Assembly: GCA_040954595.2 (NCBI GenBank)
Contig: CM082592.2
Location: 9,907,677-9,971,676 of the forward strand
Origin: Balanoglossus misakiensis
Taxonomy: Eukaryota; Animalia; Hemichordata
DNA length: 64,000 bases
Reading direction: 5' to 3'
Positions 1 to 14,517 of this stretch are shown here, piece after piece; the first letter of the stretch is position 1; every line of letters starts with the position of its first letter. The position numbers were made by a program, and so were the translations under genes. The notes beneath the pieces are model-generated. The model was given only the letters and a program-made list of their open reading frames with translations. It made no database searches and was not told the DNA's origin.

Positions 1-55
1 GACTTGGACCAAACCATGGCAGTGTGAAAGGGTTGAAGTATGCATTAACACTGAC

Positions 56-3000
56 CTGTGCCACTGGACTTTGTGCTTGGAAAAGTATGCGTCTGCCGAG
101 CAGTTCAGCGAATATACAGCCAACAGACCACACATCCACTGCTGTGCTATAGTGCTTGGTTCCAGTTAAAATTTCTGGCGCACGATAGTACTGAGTAACT
201 ACTTCCTGAGTCATGTGTCGGCTCTCGTCAGGCTCCATCACCCGGGCTAAGCCAAAGTCGCATATCTGTGGGGAAAAAAGTGAAGATTCAGTATGTCTTG
301 GTTCCATGATAACAACAAGGAGGAACAGTCACAGCCACCGAAGTTCAGGTCAAAATGTTACCAGTACATTCACATCTGACGCTCAATTTATTCACTGCCA
401 GACAAAGGAGCACTTGTCACCATGGTGCAAATTCTCTGCACTTGAACACTGGTGGGATCCCCCTTTTAGCATGCAGTCAGTATCCATGGCAACCACACAC
501 GTTTCATAGTAGCATCCTTGTGACAAGTGTAAGTCAAACGCACCAGAGCAGGAACTTGGTTTTGAGTATTAATTATGTCATTGTTTTAATCTATTACTGA
601 TGGATTTTGTATGTACATATTGTTACAAAATATCAACTGTCAAAGCTGAGCCCAGAGTTTGTACTCTTGAACAGCACTTTAAAATTCAAGGACTTCCGAG
701 TTTCCAGTGATTTTCCACAAGTATGTGGTATATTATAAGCCTAACTTTGGTCTCACGACAAGAAAAAATCAACAAGACGCTCCAAGGAAAGCGTAAGAAA
801 TTAGTCTCTGTGAGGTTTGTAAAAATTTGAAAATCAGATTATGATAGCAAAAACGTGGTCATGCAGTTAAGCACTCTCTGCTAGAGCTAAGGAAAGAAAC
901 TTCAGCTGGATTATATTCTATAAACCTGACAGTGCGGAAGCAGTCCAATATGTACTTACTTTAAGCACGCAGTTGCTGTTTACAAGTAGATTTCCTGGCT
1001 TAATGTCCCGATGGAGAATATGTGCAGAGTGCAGATACTTCAAACCTGTGAAAATGGCAGAGATACAACCGCAGTGAGTGATGTGCGTTGCTAAGGTGTT
1101 CTATATATCTAGGTGGCCAGCAGCACAGCACACATCCATGAATCAAGAAGGATGGGTTTCACCTTTCACCCTCATTTGCATACGGATTCACAGTGGGTGT
1201 TGTATGGTTGGATTTTATGGTTTTTATGTGAACATTTTGTGCGTGTTTTTTTTTTTGCAGAGGTAAAATACACTGAACGAACTGTACCAACAAAAACTGG
1301 AGTACCGGTAGTTGTTAAATGCAATGGATTTATGACTTTTTTTTAAAAAATTCCGGCTGTTGACAAAATTGTAGCTGAAATGCTCTACCAGCCATAAAAA
1401 ATATGGAATTAATATCACGCATGCAGTTATTCATGGTGAACAAACATTGGACTGCAGGCAAATGTGGAAGAGTTACGGCCCCAAAAATGACAATTATACG
1501 TCGTAACACACATGGTTGAAAAGAGGTCTGCAATATTTTTATAGAAGTCTGATCATGGGTCAGACAAGGAAAATACATTTTTTTAGTTCTGCCAAAATGT
1601 TGAAAGAAAAATCAACTTGAAGTTTAAATGCTTAAAAATTTATATGTCCTATTTCACTCTTTTCATGCCAGTATCCATTGATATGTGTTTTCAGACATTG
1701 ATGTGGATCTAACACAATGGTATAAAATCATAAAATACATAAAAAGCACAGCGGCCACTTTATCCATTGAATTCAGAAATTTTATTAGCTGGAGTATGCC
1801 AACCATTAGCTGCAGATGGCCTCCGTAAAAATTTCCAGCTTAACAATGGTTTCCTAGTGAACATATTGTAGTATGTCACCGAACTAATATTTTTAAAGTA
1901 AAATGAAATTGGCAAGTTCTCGAGGGAGAGATGTGTTTACAATATCACTGTCTTGTTTGGTGTTGTGAAGCAACCGATTAAAGCTATTTTGGGCACCTTG
2001 AAAACACGAAACAGGAATAACATTCTAAAAATATACATTTTATCCAAAACACCTAACCTATATCAGAAAAGCATATTATTGCAACCACTTATTTATCTTG
2101 GCCCGAGCACAAGACTCCCAAGCGCATCTGATCTCATTAATATTCATAAGTAATTCCTTTAGAGTGCAGATACCATTTCTTGAAGGTGCTGCATAATAAA
2201 GCTATCAAATCAATTTTTGAAGATGTTCTTCGAGCTGTCGGATTGCATCCACTCAATTGCAATAGACAGGACAAACGACTTCGCATGCGCGTACTGTGTC
2301 TGAGAGAACTACTTTGTACTACAGTCAATACATACTCCTTTTTCTTCTGGCTAACAGGCGAAGCAATTTGACTAGACTTGCCCTTGAAGAACCAAAGGCC
2401 TTGAAAGGGAATTTCCAGAGAATTTACCTTGTGTTTATGATATTGACAAGCTCCCTAGTGAATGACAACCGTAGACGCTGCGATAAGCGGCTAGTAGTCA
2501 TCCTCAATGACCAAACAAACACCCGAACACTGTCAGTGCAAAGGCCACCACACGAATACACTAAATTCTGGAGTTGTTAACGTTTCAAAAAACTAAACTC
2601 ACATTCATAATGATTTGATATTTTGATTGACACATCAATAATTTTGCTCTCATATCACATGTATTTGGGTCAAGACCGGGAGCATTTGGATGTGCCAGTC
2701 ATTTCAACAAAAGCCATTTTGAATGAAACCCGCTTCTGCACCAATTTGTTCATTTAGGGGAGAAATCGAACAAATTAGCTGCCATATTGTCTGTTGCATT
2801 GCATCTGTTTTAGGAATCATAACAGTGCCTCTTCAAGCCTATGACACACACACATATGTAGATGGGGATATTTCAAAGCCTGTGTGCACAAATGTTAGCT
2901 CAATATCGGACAAAGCATGCCAGAATGGTATCAAAAAGGACTTACCTCTCAGTATTTGGTAGAGGAAGACTTTGACGTGATCTGCACTAAGTGGCTGTGG

Positions 3001-6000
3001 TGAGACGATGATCTTATGTAGGTCACTTTGTAAGAGTTCCGTAACAACATAACTGAATAAGGTGCTGGGTTAAGGGAAATGATTTCTCCTACCTTCAAAC
3101 TGACAACACACTGAAGAGAGACAATGGACAGGATCTTTGGCTTTGACAACCATTATGCATAGTTACATAGTGTATACATACACACAAACACACGCCAAGC
3201 ACTGACCTGTATTAATATATTTAATTACAACATTTTGAAAAGTTGTTGTGAAAAGTTTTGTCAGTAAATAACAAAATCAAACTATCAGAAGGATAAAAAT
3301 AGACGACATTGTTTATTTCAAGTGAAGGCCACCTGGTTGACTATTATCCCCCCAAACTGTTGTTTAACCTTGAGAAATTGGTCAGTACAAGCATCGAGTG
3401 GTTTCCTACTTCCTGTAAAAGAGGTGACAGCAACCAGTGTTCCTGTTGTCTAAAAATAACGCTGTTCAGCATGACTAATAGGGGTTCACTGTCCGGAATA
3501 ATATGCATCTTTTCAGTGTTGGACAAAACTTTAACGTTTTAGTCACAAAGACCGGACGCGCTTCATCACCGTGGTCACTCACACACGCACACAGGGGGGA
3601 AGACGGTGATCATTTCTCGCGAAGGTGACCGTCATGACGTAGTGTGATGTAAACACAGACCCTGGGAGTGACGTCTGCTGTGTGACGCAAGTTTTGTTTT
3701 CTGAGGACGACCCATGACCTCTCATTGTGGTAGGTGCTCTCGCCGGAGGGGGTCAGAGGTCAAACACTGTGTGTGATTTATGGTGTTATGGTGACATTTC
3801 TCCCCTCGGCCATAAAAAGGTGAAGAGAGCAGAAAGCTAAATAGTCTAAAAAAAATAATGGAACAAAATGTTTCAGAAGCAGGAATGAGTATAAATAACA
3901 TGTCACTTCAAATAAAAATAGAATGTCAAAATATAGAAGCTTGAGCCCTTAAAATAGCAGCTTGCAAAAAAATTATGAATGGCCTGTCATATTACTGTCA
4001 ATATTCATGAATCAAACGATACACAATACATGTTACATGATTTAGGGTTCTTCTACGGATTCGCATGAGAAGACTACAGTGTGCTGAAAAATAGCAGACC
4101 TCCTTTTTAATGAAGGCATCAAAGTCATCACAACAATGAATTACAATGTCGTGCCAGCTGTACAAGCTAGGGCCTTTGAATTTCAATTTCAAGATTAATT
4201 ATCATAATTAACATACGACAAACAGAAAAGTCTTACATTATCACCTCAGCCGGGAGTCTTTTAAATATTAACTTTTCTACATATTAACTTTTAAAGACTT
4301 ATTTACTTTGCATTGGTAATTTATGACATTGGCCAGAGTTTTTCTGTTCCACATAAGCTGCCACTGTTGTCGACAAGAGAACTCAATTCACGTGAAAATT
4401 TCAAAAGTTCTGCTCAAAATGTCTACGCCAATCCAACAGTGAATAGTTTCAGCTGCCTTCCCACCCTGGACACGAACATTACAACAAGAAGAATTCTACA
4501 AGCAAACATGCTACATTTACAAGATGCAAATTCTGAAATCTTTTGACGCAGATTTCAGAGTTTGAAGCTGTGGGAAAAGAAGCCAATGCTTGCAATGTCT
4601 ATTTATCTAGCGCTCGCACTGGAAACATTTGAACTTTATCTCTCCGTGTGACTTTAAACAGCTGCTTGATATGATTGAAAAGAAATATATCCAATTTGAT
4701 TAGCTTAATGCCATCTTTTGCTGGAGGCTACACTGTGCACACTTTTTCAAATTTCAATGACTCGCTGCTAGGGCTTCTTCCTGAGCGCACAAAGAATGCA
4801 ACTCAATTCACCGTGCCTCATAATTAAGCACTAGACCATTTCATTAAATTCTCTATCAAAAAAGTCCTCGTTACTGATAAAAAATTGACCCAAAAGCGCT
4901 CTATTACAGGGAGATCCTGAAACAACATCTGAGAATCACATTTTTGTCCCCTTCTGATTTTTTTCCCTTTTGAATTATAGTAATTAGACTGAAAGCACCC
5001 TTTCTGATGTAAATTAATAACGCATTTTATATAATGACACTCACTTTTTTGGCATTAAAATGGGGATTAAAAGATTAATGTGTGTGTAATTGTGGGAAAA
5101 CCAGGCAATAGAAACTGTGAATCAGCGTCCACACTCGGGGAATCCCCCCCCCCTCTTCAACTTGTCTGTCCATGCACGACACACCTGTTATGCCATGTAT
5201 TTACCAATAAATAGACCCCCCCCCCTCTCTCATTGTTCAAACACTATTCAAATTGTCAATAGCCAGTCCCCACAACAGATGTTACATTCTCAGGCCGGTG
5301 GCAGTGAAAAATGTCTCCTTTTATCCTAATTAATTCAAAGTTCCTGTCAATTATGAACTTACACAGGGGTACTTCACAAAACTGCACAAATGGTCAGTGG
5401 GGGCGACTTCTAAAAGTTATGGCGCGATCTTTAAGTATTCCACTGACTGTGGAAGTTTGTAAAATCCAAATTCTGTCCTGGTTCCCATAAAGAGCTCAAA
5501 GAGTATCTATCATCAGTTTTCCAATGCCGGGCAGCACTCAGTTCAGTCACAAAAACCATCGTCAATTATTTCCCTGAAAGCCAAGCTTTCTTTTGTTTCT
5601 CGTTAGCAGCTCATTAACCCATGCCCAAAAGCTGCTTTTTTATACCCTTGGCCATGAGCTTTGCATTGGTAATGGTATTAGCTTTATTCAAATGGTAATT
5701 GACTGCAACAGGGCCAAACTGCACCCCTCCTGGCTTTCAATTGGGAGCAACAAGAGACTTATCGGCAGAGCAAAGAATACTTGAATTTAGACTTTAAGGG
5801 AGGGTTAGGTCAACAGCTTCCCAAACTGATTCATCCCATAGACAGTAGATTTCCTAACATGCCAGGAATGCATACCACAGCCACGCCTAATACCATCCAT
5901 CCTACAGAATTTATATTACATCATATCATACAACTTCAAGCCTTCGTATGAAATTACAACACACGTACAACACTTGGCATCTTTATCCTCTTCACTCTGC

Positions 6001-9000
6001 CTACATTATTAGCGTACAATTTTGATAGAATTCTGATAAAATTCACAACAGCTGTTATCAAGGTTTCTTACTACACAGACCATCACAACCATCTTCATAA
6101 ACAATGCTAAAAAATTTTGCTATTATTAATTCTTATGACCAATGAGAAGAACTCAAGGCTATACACACAGCACTGGCATTTTTCATTCACTTTTTTTTTA
6201 ATATTATTTTTCAGCCCCTTGGGCTGCAGCGACTTTTATACGTCAATGGTATTACAAAAGATGGCCTTCAGGTAAAGATCTTTGTCAAATAGCTACCAGT
6301 ATAAACAAAGGGATATTTAACATGCATGAGAACTTCTAAAACCAATAAACATTTAAGTGATGTCATCTCACGGCCTTCTAAGGCTTCTTTTAATTAAATT
6401 CCAATCCATGAATAAAAGGGCTTGACTCACATGAAGGCCAAAATCATTTCTGTTCGATTTTTTTCATGGACAGGTACGCATATACATGTACATGTACCAG
6501 CCATGGTTTCAAGGTCTCGGTACAGGAGAGGCATTTTGTGTACGCAGTGGCCCTGTTGTGAAAGCAAGCAGGCTTTCAAAAGAAAAAAATCTCTGAAGAA
6601 AATCTAAGAATCTTTGATTGTGAAGCCATACCATAGATGGGTGTGCTGCATTTTGTTTTGGGATTATAAAAAGGCCCCCCTCAGGCAAAATCTGAGAATA
6701 TTTGAAGTTCATTACCACCCTGAAGTGAAGTGTTTGATTTAATTCTTAGAGAAATCCTGCTTCATCTCCTGAATAATCTCAAGTAAACACACAGAATCAG
6801 GATTTTGCTTTTTATGCCCAATGACACACTAACGACATTGACACTGCACTTCAACAGAATCAGCAACCATTCCATGGAAATTGAAAAACTGTCGCTATGC
6901 TCGCCAACATTTTTACCCCAGCCCCCCACAGCCTCAAGCAAAGGACTTTTTACTTGATGACTACATAAACTTCATAGAAAAAGCCGAGTGGTTAACGTTC
7001 ATCAAATCAACATTGACCACGGAGGTAGAAACGAGACCGCAACACACGGACTGACATTACGACGGGCAAATTTGCCTAATATGTTGCCGTATGCACCCTG
7101 CTTCAGAAGGAGAGAATTTCCATAAGCTTAAGCACTTGAGGGAGATTAATTTTTCCAACAAGGCCGCTCTGGGTCCATTTAAAAGAAATATCTGCGGTAA
7201 TCAATAACTCGACACCTGTACAGAAGAAGTACTGGCAATTGCTCCTTCATAAATAACTACATTTGCAGCTGAAATGCAGGAAATTTGGCCAACCCTGTTC
7301 TCGCCAAAATATCAATCAGGCTGATTTCTCTGCGTACAGCGAGTTTGATCTACGCAACCTCTTGTACAAGAAGGCACACTAAAAGCAAGCAAACATATTT
7401 AATTCACTGTCACGTATTGATTGGTATATTATTCATTCAGGAAATATGTTAGAGCACATTTAGCATACGATAAATAAGGGAGTTGAGTTTGTGAGAAATT
7501 AAATACATTAGTCTTGATTCTACGTTCATTACAGAGGGGCTGTTCACTGCGTAAACGATTAGACTTTTTTACATGGTGTACCACAACTGAGAAATTGAAC
7601 TTATATTAGCCAGAATTTTTAACAGGTACTACGTAAATGTCAGTCATATAACAAATGCAGTATAGGGGAATATTTGACTGTTTTCGATAATTTTGTTGGT
7701 TGTGAAGCTTTAGACAATTGTAGACAAAAATCAACCTCAATACAGACAGATAGAAAGAGATCATCTATGATCTCGGTACTGTCAAATGAAACCGGGAATT
7801 TGTGGTGAAATATGCAACCCCTACTGCTATAGATTACACCAGGACTTGATGAAATCCAACCAGTCGATAGTTTAACGATCAGCCTTTAATTATGAAACAA
7901 AACTGGCAATGATACAGCTAAAGGTTGAAGTACTTATACAGGCAAGGTGATAGCGTGGATGTATGGAGCAGTGTTGGGAGATTTAGCCAAGCATAGAAAG
8001 CCAATATACTGCATGGCCTTGACCTGAGATGCCTATGTGTACACTCAGTTATGCCAAATGGAAGCATTGTCCTTGAGCAATGGTGTGTCTATGTGTGTGT
8101 GTGTGCACATGTGTGTATGTGCACGTATGTATGTGTGTATGAATGTGCCTTCATTTTCTATGGCATACGTATCGTGCTGGGGTTTGAAAAACTCCAGTGT
8201 TCTAAAATCAAAAGCAAGTCCGACAAAAACAGACATCGTGTGTTAAATGTACGTTTCAAATCTAGCATTCTTTTCCCCAACAAATGAACAAAATGTCATC
8301 ACAACTACACATACATGCCCTCCTAGAGGTGTGATAAGTCAGCACCACCTATAGAAACAAGTACCCTATGACCAAAATATTGTCACGACATGCCAAAACG
8401 AAAACAAAACAAACTTGTTCACTCCAACACTATCAAAAATCATTCAACACAACCCTTCAAGCAAGTACATAAAGTATTATGTATCTTAATTTCAAGCTGG
8501 CCAACATTTGATGTTCACATAAAATCCAAATGTCTTCTTACGTCAGCATTTTCAAGCATATCCCTGTTTGGAGGGAGTTTTTTTACTTCCACAGACATTG
8601 ACACAGTACAAGGCCAAACAGAAAATAACTACACCATTTTTTTTGTGTGCAGCCATATTCCAATATCATAATCAACTTTGTACCATTCACCTATGAATAA
8701 ATAATGAAAAACGCACCCTACAGGTTACGTTTGCTCTCAAGTATTCGGTAATATTTACCCAATCCTATAAATTATCAAACTGTTATTGTAACAGTACACA
8801 CAGGAAAAGGATACATTTCTTCAAAGAAGTCTACGTGTGGCGGTTGCAGGATATCTAAAGCCTTAAGGACCTGGAAATGATAAATAAAAAATCATACTTC
8901 AATATGCTCTGTTGGCAGGAGATGAGTGGAAAAAGTGTCCTGTTTCAGAATGACCCTGTCACTTACACCTTTCGACTTTGAAATAAAAACGAACAATGTT

Positions 9001-12000
9001 TCATTCATTTTTCGTTGACTTAGGATAACTCAATGATTTTTTTCATTCCAGCTTCAATGAAGCCAAGAAAGAAAGTCCATGATATCGATTCTCCACATCT
9101 GTGTGATGCATGTGACTCACATTTTGATGAAACATCATCATTGCGACTCGACTCTGCAAGTCTTCATGTGTTTTATTAAACAAAATTCCGACACTTCCTG
9201 TGTGAGTTTCAATATGGATTCCAACACCATGAGTCTAACCACATCATTTTGTATCCTTACTGCTTGAGCACACTTAACTTCTTAAAATATTTTTTTTTAC
9301 TTACATTGTCATGCCTGAAGAAGAATAGCATTTTCAGTTCTCTATAGACTCTTTTACAAGATATAAGATTTTGGAAGACATTGGGCATTTTCTTGAGTGC
9401 CACTCTCTTGCCATCCCTGGGGTCGGTGACGGACCTGATGAGAAAGAGAACAAATTTTCTTTTATTATCAGCCTCTTTGGACTCGAACATGACCCCAATT
9501 CTTACAAAAGGACTAAAATGGTAATAAACAACAGGGAAAGTGGCTATAGTCCGACCAATGAAAAGGCCTGGTCAAATTACTCTGAACATTGTATCAAGTG
9601 CAACCCCTCCTTATATGGAAAAAATTTGCATAAATTTCCATAACCAAACATGTGCTCAAGAAACAGGTTTATCCCCTGAAGACGCAAGTCACTACTTTGG
9701 ACGCCACACAGTCTAACAAGCAAACATTCTAAATTCTCATGAGAGTTCAAGATCATTTTATCATGATAAGGTCTGTCTCAACACCTGACTGTCAATACAT
9801 GAATTATGTATTGCTGCAAAAACTTCATAAATTAGAAAAAAATAAAGTCTGCTAGTTCAATATCAAAAACCCTTAACCCACTCCATCAGAGATGAAAATT
9901 ATGCACTCAACACGTGAGGGTGCATTATAACAACTAGTATGGAGAGAGGGTGGTTGCGGTCAGTCCATCTCATAGTGGTTAAGCCCTCTACCGCACATTA
10001 CTGCTGAATTTTAACATTGACTAATGCAACATCTAGTGGGTTCTGGGAAATAGCTGTGGTTTTTCTTTTATTTCTATGGCCTGAAGTACAAATTTTGGTT
10101 CCTTCCAACATGTCTCATTACATGCGTATAATGCGTCTATTTTTTTACGGGATTAATTCCATGGTCCAAATACTGACTACAAATGTCACAGTGTTGACTT
10201 CAAAGATGGAACAAAAACTGCCAACAAGGTGCTGAAATAACAAAGGCTTGATTGTAATTTGACTGATTAGGGCATAATTAGCTCCACCACACAGAAGACT
10301 AACAGAGCCCTTTTCAAAATGCATGGTTATAACAACAAGCAGCAAGTTGACTTTCATTACAATGGTGACACTAAAATAAACAAAGGAGACCACTGTAGGA
10401 AGAAAAATTAATTTGGTAAACTTCAAGCATGAGATAATGTTCGCTGATGACTGTGCATGCACTGTACAGCCAGCTTTCAAAAAGCATGTATTTAATGAAT
10501 TCATTGTGGCGTGGACTATCGGTATACCAAAGGAAATGAAGAACCATTCGGTTATTTCACTATAATCGCAATTCATTTATTTTCACAGTACTTGTCTTCA
10601 TGCTGACTGTATATATTGTAAACAGTATTCTCACATATCAAAGGTTCACCTGTTGTAAAAAGCTACTTTTATACATTTAATTGCCTCCTTCCAAGAATTT
10701 AAAATAAAGAAAGCAGGTCGGTCCGACAGATTTAAAAGGCAAATTGCAACAGTCGTCGTTGGTTACGTTTTACATGTGTTCTAGCATGTGGCAACCAGTC
10801 CCACACATATACGAGTCACTACGCTATGCGCCTTGTCAACTTTTTACCGCATTACTTTTAAGAGGCTCTTCCAGTGGACAGCCAAACAGCTTCTTTCGCT
10901 GTTCATACTGCTACAATGCCACTTCACATCTGATTCAATCATAAAATATTTTTCCCTCGCAAGTACTAGACCAGAACTTCCAAATTGCTGATATTTCTCT
11001 CTCAGAGATACAGCTATAGAATTATACCCTTTTTAACCTCATTTGCTTAATGCCCTCGTTGAAGAGACATTTCATAATTACATTTTAAAATATGGCCCCC
11101 ACTTTCAGCTTTTCTGCTTTTTTTTTAATTTGGCGATGATAATACCCATGGGATGGCTTTGAATGCAGGAACTTTATTCACTGTCATTAGTTATTGCAAA
11201 TAATACCACAGTCAATCTTCCATTGTGGGAACTTGCCACGACACAATAGATTGGTTCATTGGATTTACTCTTTTCACAAATTGGGCTTCTTGATTCTCAA
11301 ATAGCGCCAACACTTCCCTTTAATTAATACATACATTCATACAAAGCTCAGCTTTTTCCTCTAATACTGTGCAATAGATTTCATCCTCTTGACTTTACAC
11401 CAAATACATGAATACAATTTGTGCGTGTGGAGGGCTGGTTCAAAGTACCCCATTGGGCAATATATCAAGATTTTACGTAATTACAGGAGGCTGCCATTTT
11501 TTAAATTGTATAACCATGGATACTTATAAATGCCACTATTGTGTTCTATGCCTCCAGGCAAAACAATTGACAAAGCCTTCTTTTCTGAATGTTAACATTT
11601 TATAGGCCCTTTTGTTGGAGAGTCTTTAACATTTCCAACTTTTACTGCAAATATTCTCCAATAAAAAAAAATTCAAAGCAATGTTGTGAAACCAGCATTT
11701 TTTTTCCTGCTTCATTTTTTTATCAGTTTAGTAAAAAAAAATTAAGATTAACGTTTCTCTTAACCATTTCTAATTCTATAGGAAAAATTAACAATTTCAA
11801 ATATAGCACCTTGCTTGGAGCATAGAGTTAGGAAGGATAATCTCGCCTCCTACGTCCATACTTCATGCAACTTTACCCTCCCAGATTCAATTCTGTCTTT
11901 TGTACATGATAATACCAATAGCATATGAAATTATATACTTTTGTTAGGCTTATTACAGCAATGTTAAAAATGAAATAATAACACTGCTGGTATAAAAACA

Positions 12001-13182
12001 ATAACAACCACAGTAAATCTATAAATAATTCCTAAAATAACAACAACTGGTACATGTACTTTCATTCAAACAGAGATGACCAACAGGAAGCCCTAAAACT
12101 GCTTTGTGCCAATTAAAAATTGACAACTTCATAGGGAATCGGTAAGAATTGATGTTGAAAATAGTATGTGTTGTCGGATATAAAGACCAAGAGAGAAGAG
12201 AGAAAAGGATAGTTTAGTCACCACACTGGAACATATTCTGTGTCCCTTTCTCATTGGTATTCTGAAACTTTAAATTTTAAATGTGATGTCACTGACAGCC
12301 AGAACTTTACCAGGGATTTGCAAAACCATGACAAAATCATGAAATCGACATTTTGTTAGAATGTAGCAATTTCAAACTTTCAGGTGGTCACACATGTGTG
12401 AACGCGGTAAGTTCTGGGGAGGGAGCGATAGCGTCCCCTCCTCCAAGGGACCTACAGTCAGGGGGAACTTGACAAAGCAACAAAGGGGGGGCCAGCCTCT
12501 TCACTCTGCATGTCTATTACGAATGGATTAGTTTGGTGCGAATGTATGCGGCGTGAAACTTTCCGTTGTCTGATGACAAAACAGTGGAAGTTCTCCAGAC
12601 CCTGATTTACAAATCGGCTCACCAGTGCTTGGTAGAGGGTAGAAACTTCCGACAAATAAAAAAATCCCGAGGTCTCATGCCTAAGCCATGACTCAAATGA
12701 TGTCGACGGCTACGTGGAAACAAAAGCCGGGCGCCGAACAAAGAAATTGCAACGGACTCGCCGCATATACCCTCACAAACTTTTATCCCAATGAAAAATT
12801 AAAAACACACATGAAAAGTGTCTACAGAGTGTGTCAGATCGATTAGAAACATTGTCTGTGTCAGATATATACAGTTTACATTGACCTAGACCCCTCTGAT
12901 TTTCTGTGGACACTCAGGTTCCGCGTCTACAGCGATCAGCTGGTCGGCAATTTTTAAATCGCGCCCGGACAAAAGATATCACATGCGTTAGGGTTTAACT
13001 TACCAGACAACTCCGAAAGCTCCATACCCAATGGGTCGGTCAGGCTCCACGTCTGCACGGGCTATCGATGCTGCTGCCGCCGCCTGGTAGTAGGGCTGGG
13101 TAGCGCTGAGGATAGCATGGTCTCTAGGAGCTGGGGCCCCGTTGTAAGCCATCTGTCTAGTGTGACCACCCACCACCGCCAT
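56..13182 (-). CDS. NLK: Nemo-like kinase (MAPK family), 5' part; gene continues past the left edge. Exons 13004-13182, 9305-9434, 8815-8870, 2946-3052, 960-1045, 56-265
   Basis: Spliced translation gives MAYNG..., [60 protein letters not shown] and the NLK-specific TQE activation motif ([14 protein letters not shown]). Exon phases are consistent across GT-AG junctions. Confidence 0.97.
3053..8814 (-). other. U12-type (minor spliceosome) GT-AG intron of NLK, ~5.8 kb
   Basis: Donor GTATCCTTTT (8814 downward). Branch site TTCCCTTAAC at 3078-3069, about 15 nt before the AG. The junction restores ...FEEI/YVVTELL. Confidence 0.93.
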
Positions 13183-14517
13183 TACAACTTGAACGCCCGT
13201 CTAGCTGAACGCTGCACACACGCTCTGCACACACGCTGAACTTAACAAAGAAACATACTGATACTGCGTGCTAAATCTACTTGAAACGTGGTAAACATAC
13301 AGGGTAGAACTAGGTGCAACCTCACTTCTAGCCGTGTCACGAGGAAGTTGCCATAAAGGTGGAAATTCACGAAATAGAACCTAAAGGCCGGCTGAAGTAC
13401 TATCTAGCGAGCAGAGACAAAGCCCTGTCGTAGTCTCGTGCAATATCACGAGACTTTTGCGAGATTACCTGGTGAAGGCCACCGGCCGAGGATCAATGGT
13501 AATTTCAAGGAAGGTGAAGTTGGGTTAAGGTCGCTGATCGATAATGTTCGTCCGTGTGCCTGATCAGGAAAAATAAGTAACTCCGTAGATAAATTGTGTT
13601 TAAGTCACGATTTTCCAACGCCGTCTTTATCCTCCCGACTGAAAGTTGTAAAAACTGATATTGTGTGGAGTCCACTCCATACAGCTCTGTAACAGCTCAG
13701 CTCCGCACACCTGCTGTGTAAGATGTTACGATGTCTCACACGAACTACTTCCATATATGAAATAAATTCTAAATGATGATTAATAGTGTTATATCAAATA
13801 CCAACTGCAATACATGAAATTCAGAATTATAAAAGAAACGCGGACGTGATGTTTATGCCTATAAAAGTCGGGCTCCGACAAGTCAATGACCCCGGAAGTA
13901 GGGTAGGTGATACACGACTACTTCCTACAGGATGGATCACGACTGAAACGTAACAAACAAAAATTGTATGACGCGAGTGTCGACGTGTTGGTAATTTACA
14001 GAAACTTATCAGAGAGATCTCAGACAAGGAGTTGTAGGCAGATATTCGGTACATGGGCCATCGACCAAATATTTCTTTTGTGCGCGGCTGGGCTTACACG
14101 CTCACCGTGACAGATATACCTATGTAGCATTCGGGAGAATTGGCCTAAAGACACGACAAAATACAATATAGTACAATCAAAATATTTTTAACTAAAAGAA
14201 TGACACTGGTAAAAAACAAATAGGCTTATCAAGAAATAAAGTGGTCTATTAAAATATGTCACATAGACTTCCAAATTTTAGCGGATGGCGATCGTTCTTT
14301 TGTACTTCAGTATACCTGTTCACTTCAAAGTCATGGAGACATTCAAGCCTTGAAATATTCACTAACGTCATAATGTCATCTGATGATAATAAAGGTTCTG
14401 ACCTTACGATATTATTTAGAGATATCAAATAGTGGTATTGACAGCAGGCAATTGGACGAGTTCCAATATTGAGTTCATGGCCGACACACTTACAACAAAC
14501 ATTATTTGAGCAAATTG

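Noticed and set aside
1270-2330. Possible old transposon fragments in an NLK intron
   Set aside because: I could not define TIRs, TSDs or coding motifs. A repeat library search would be needed.
10145-10576. 143 aa ORF in NLK intron 1
   Set aside because: No recognisable domain and a composition typical of AT-rich intron sequence.
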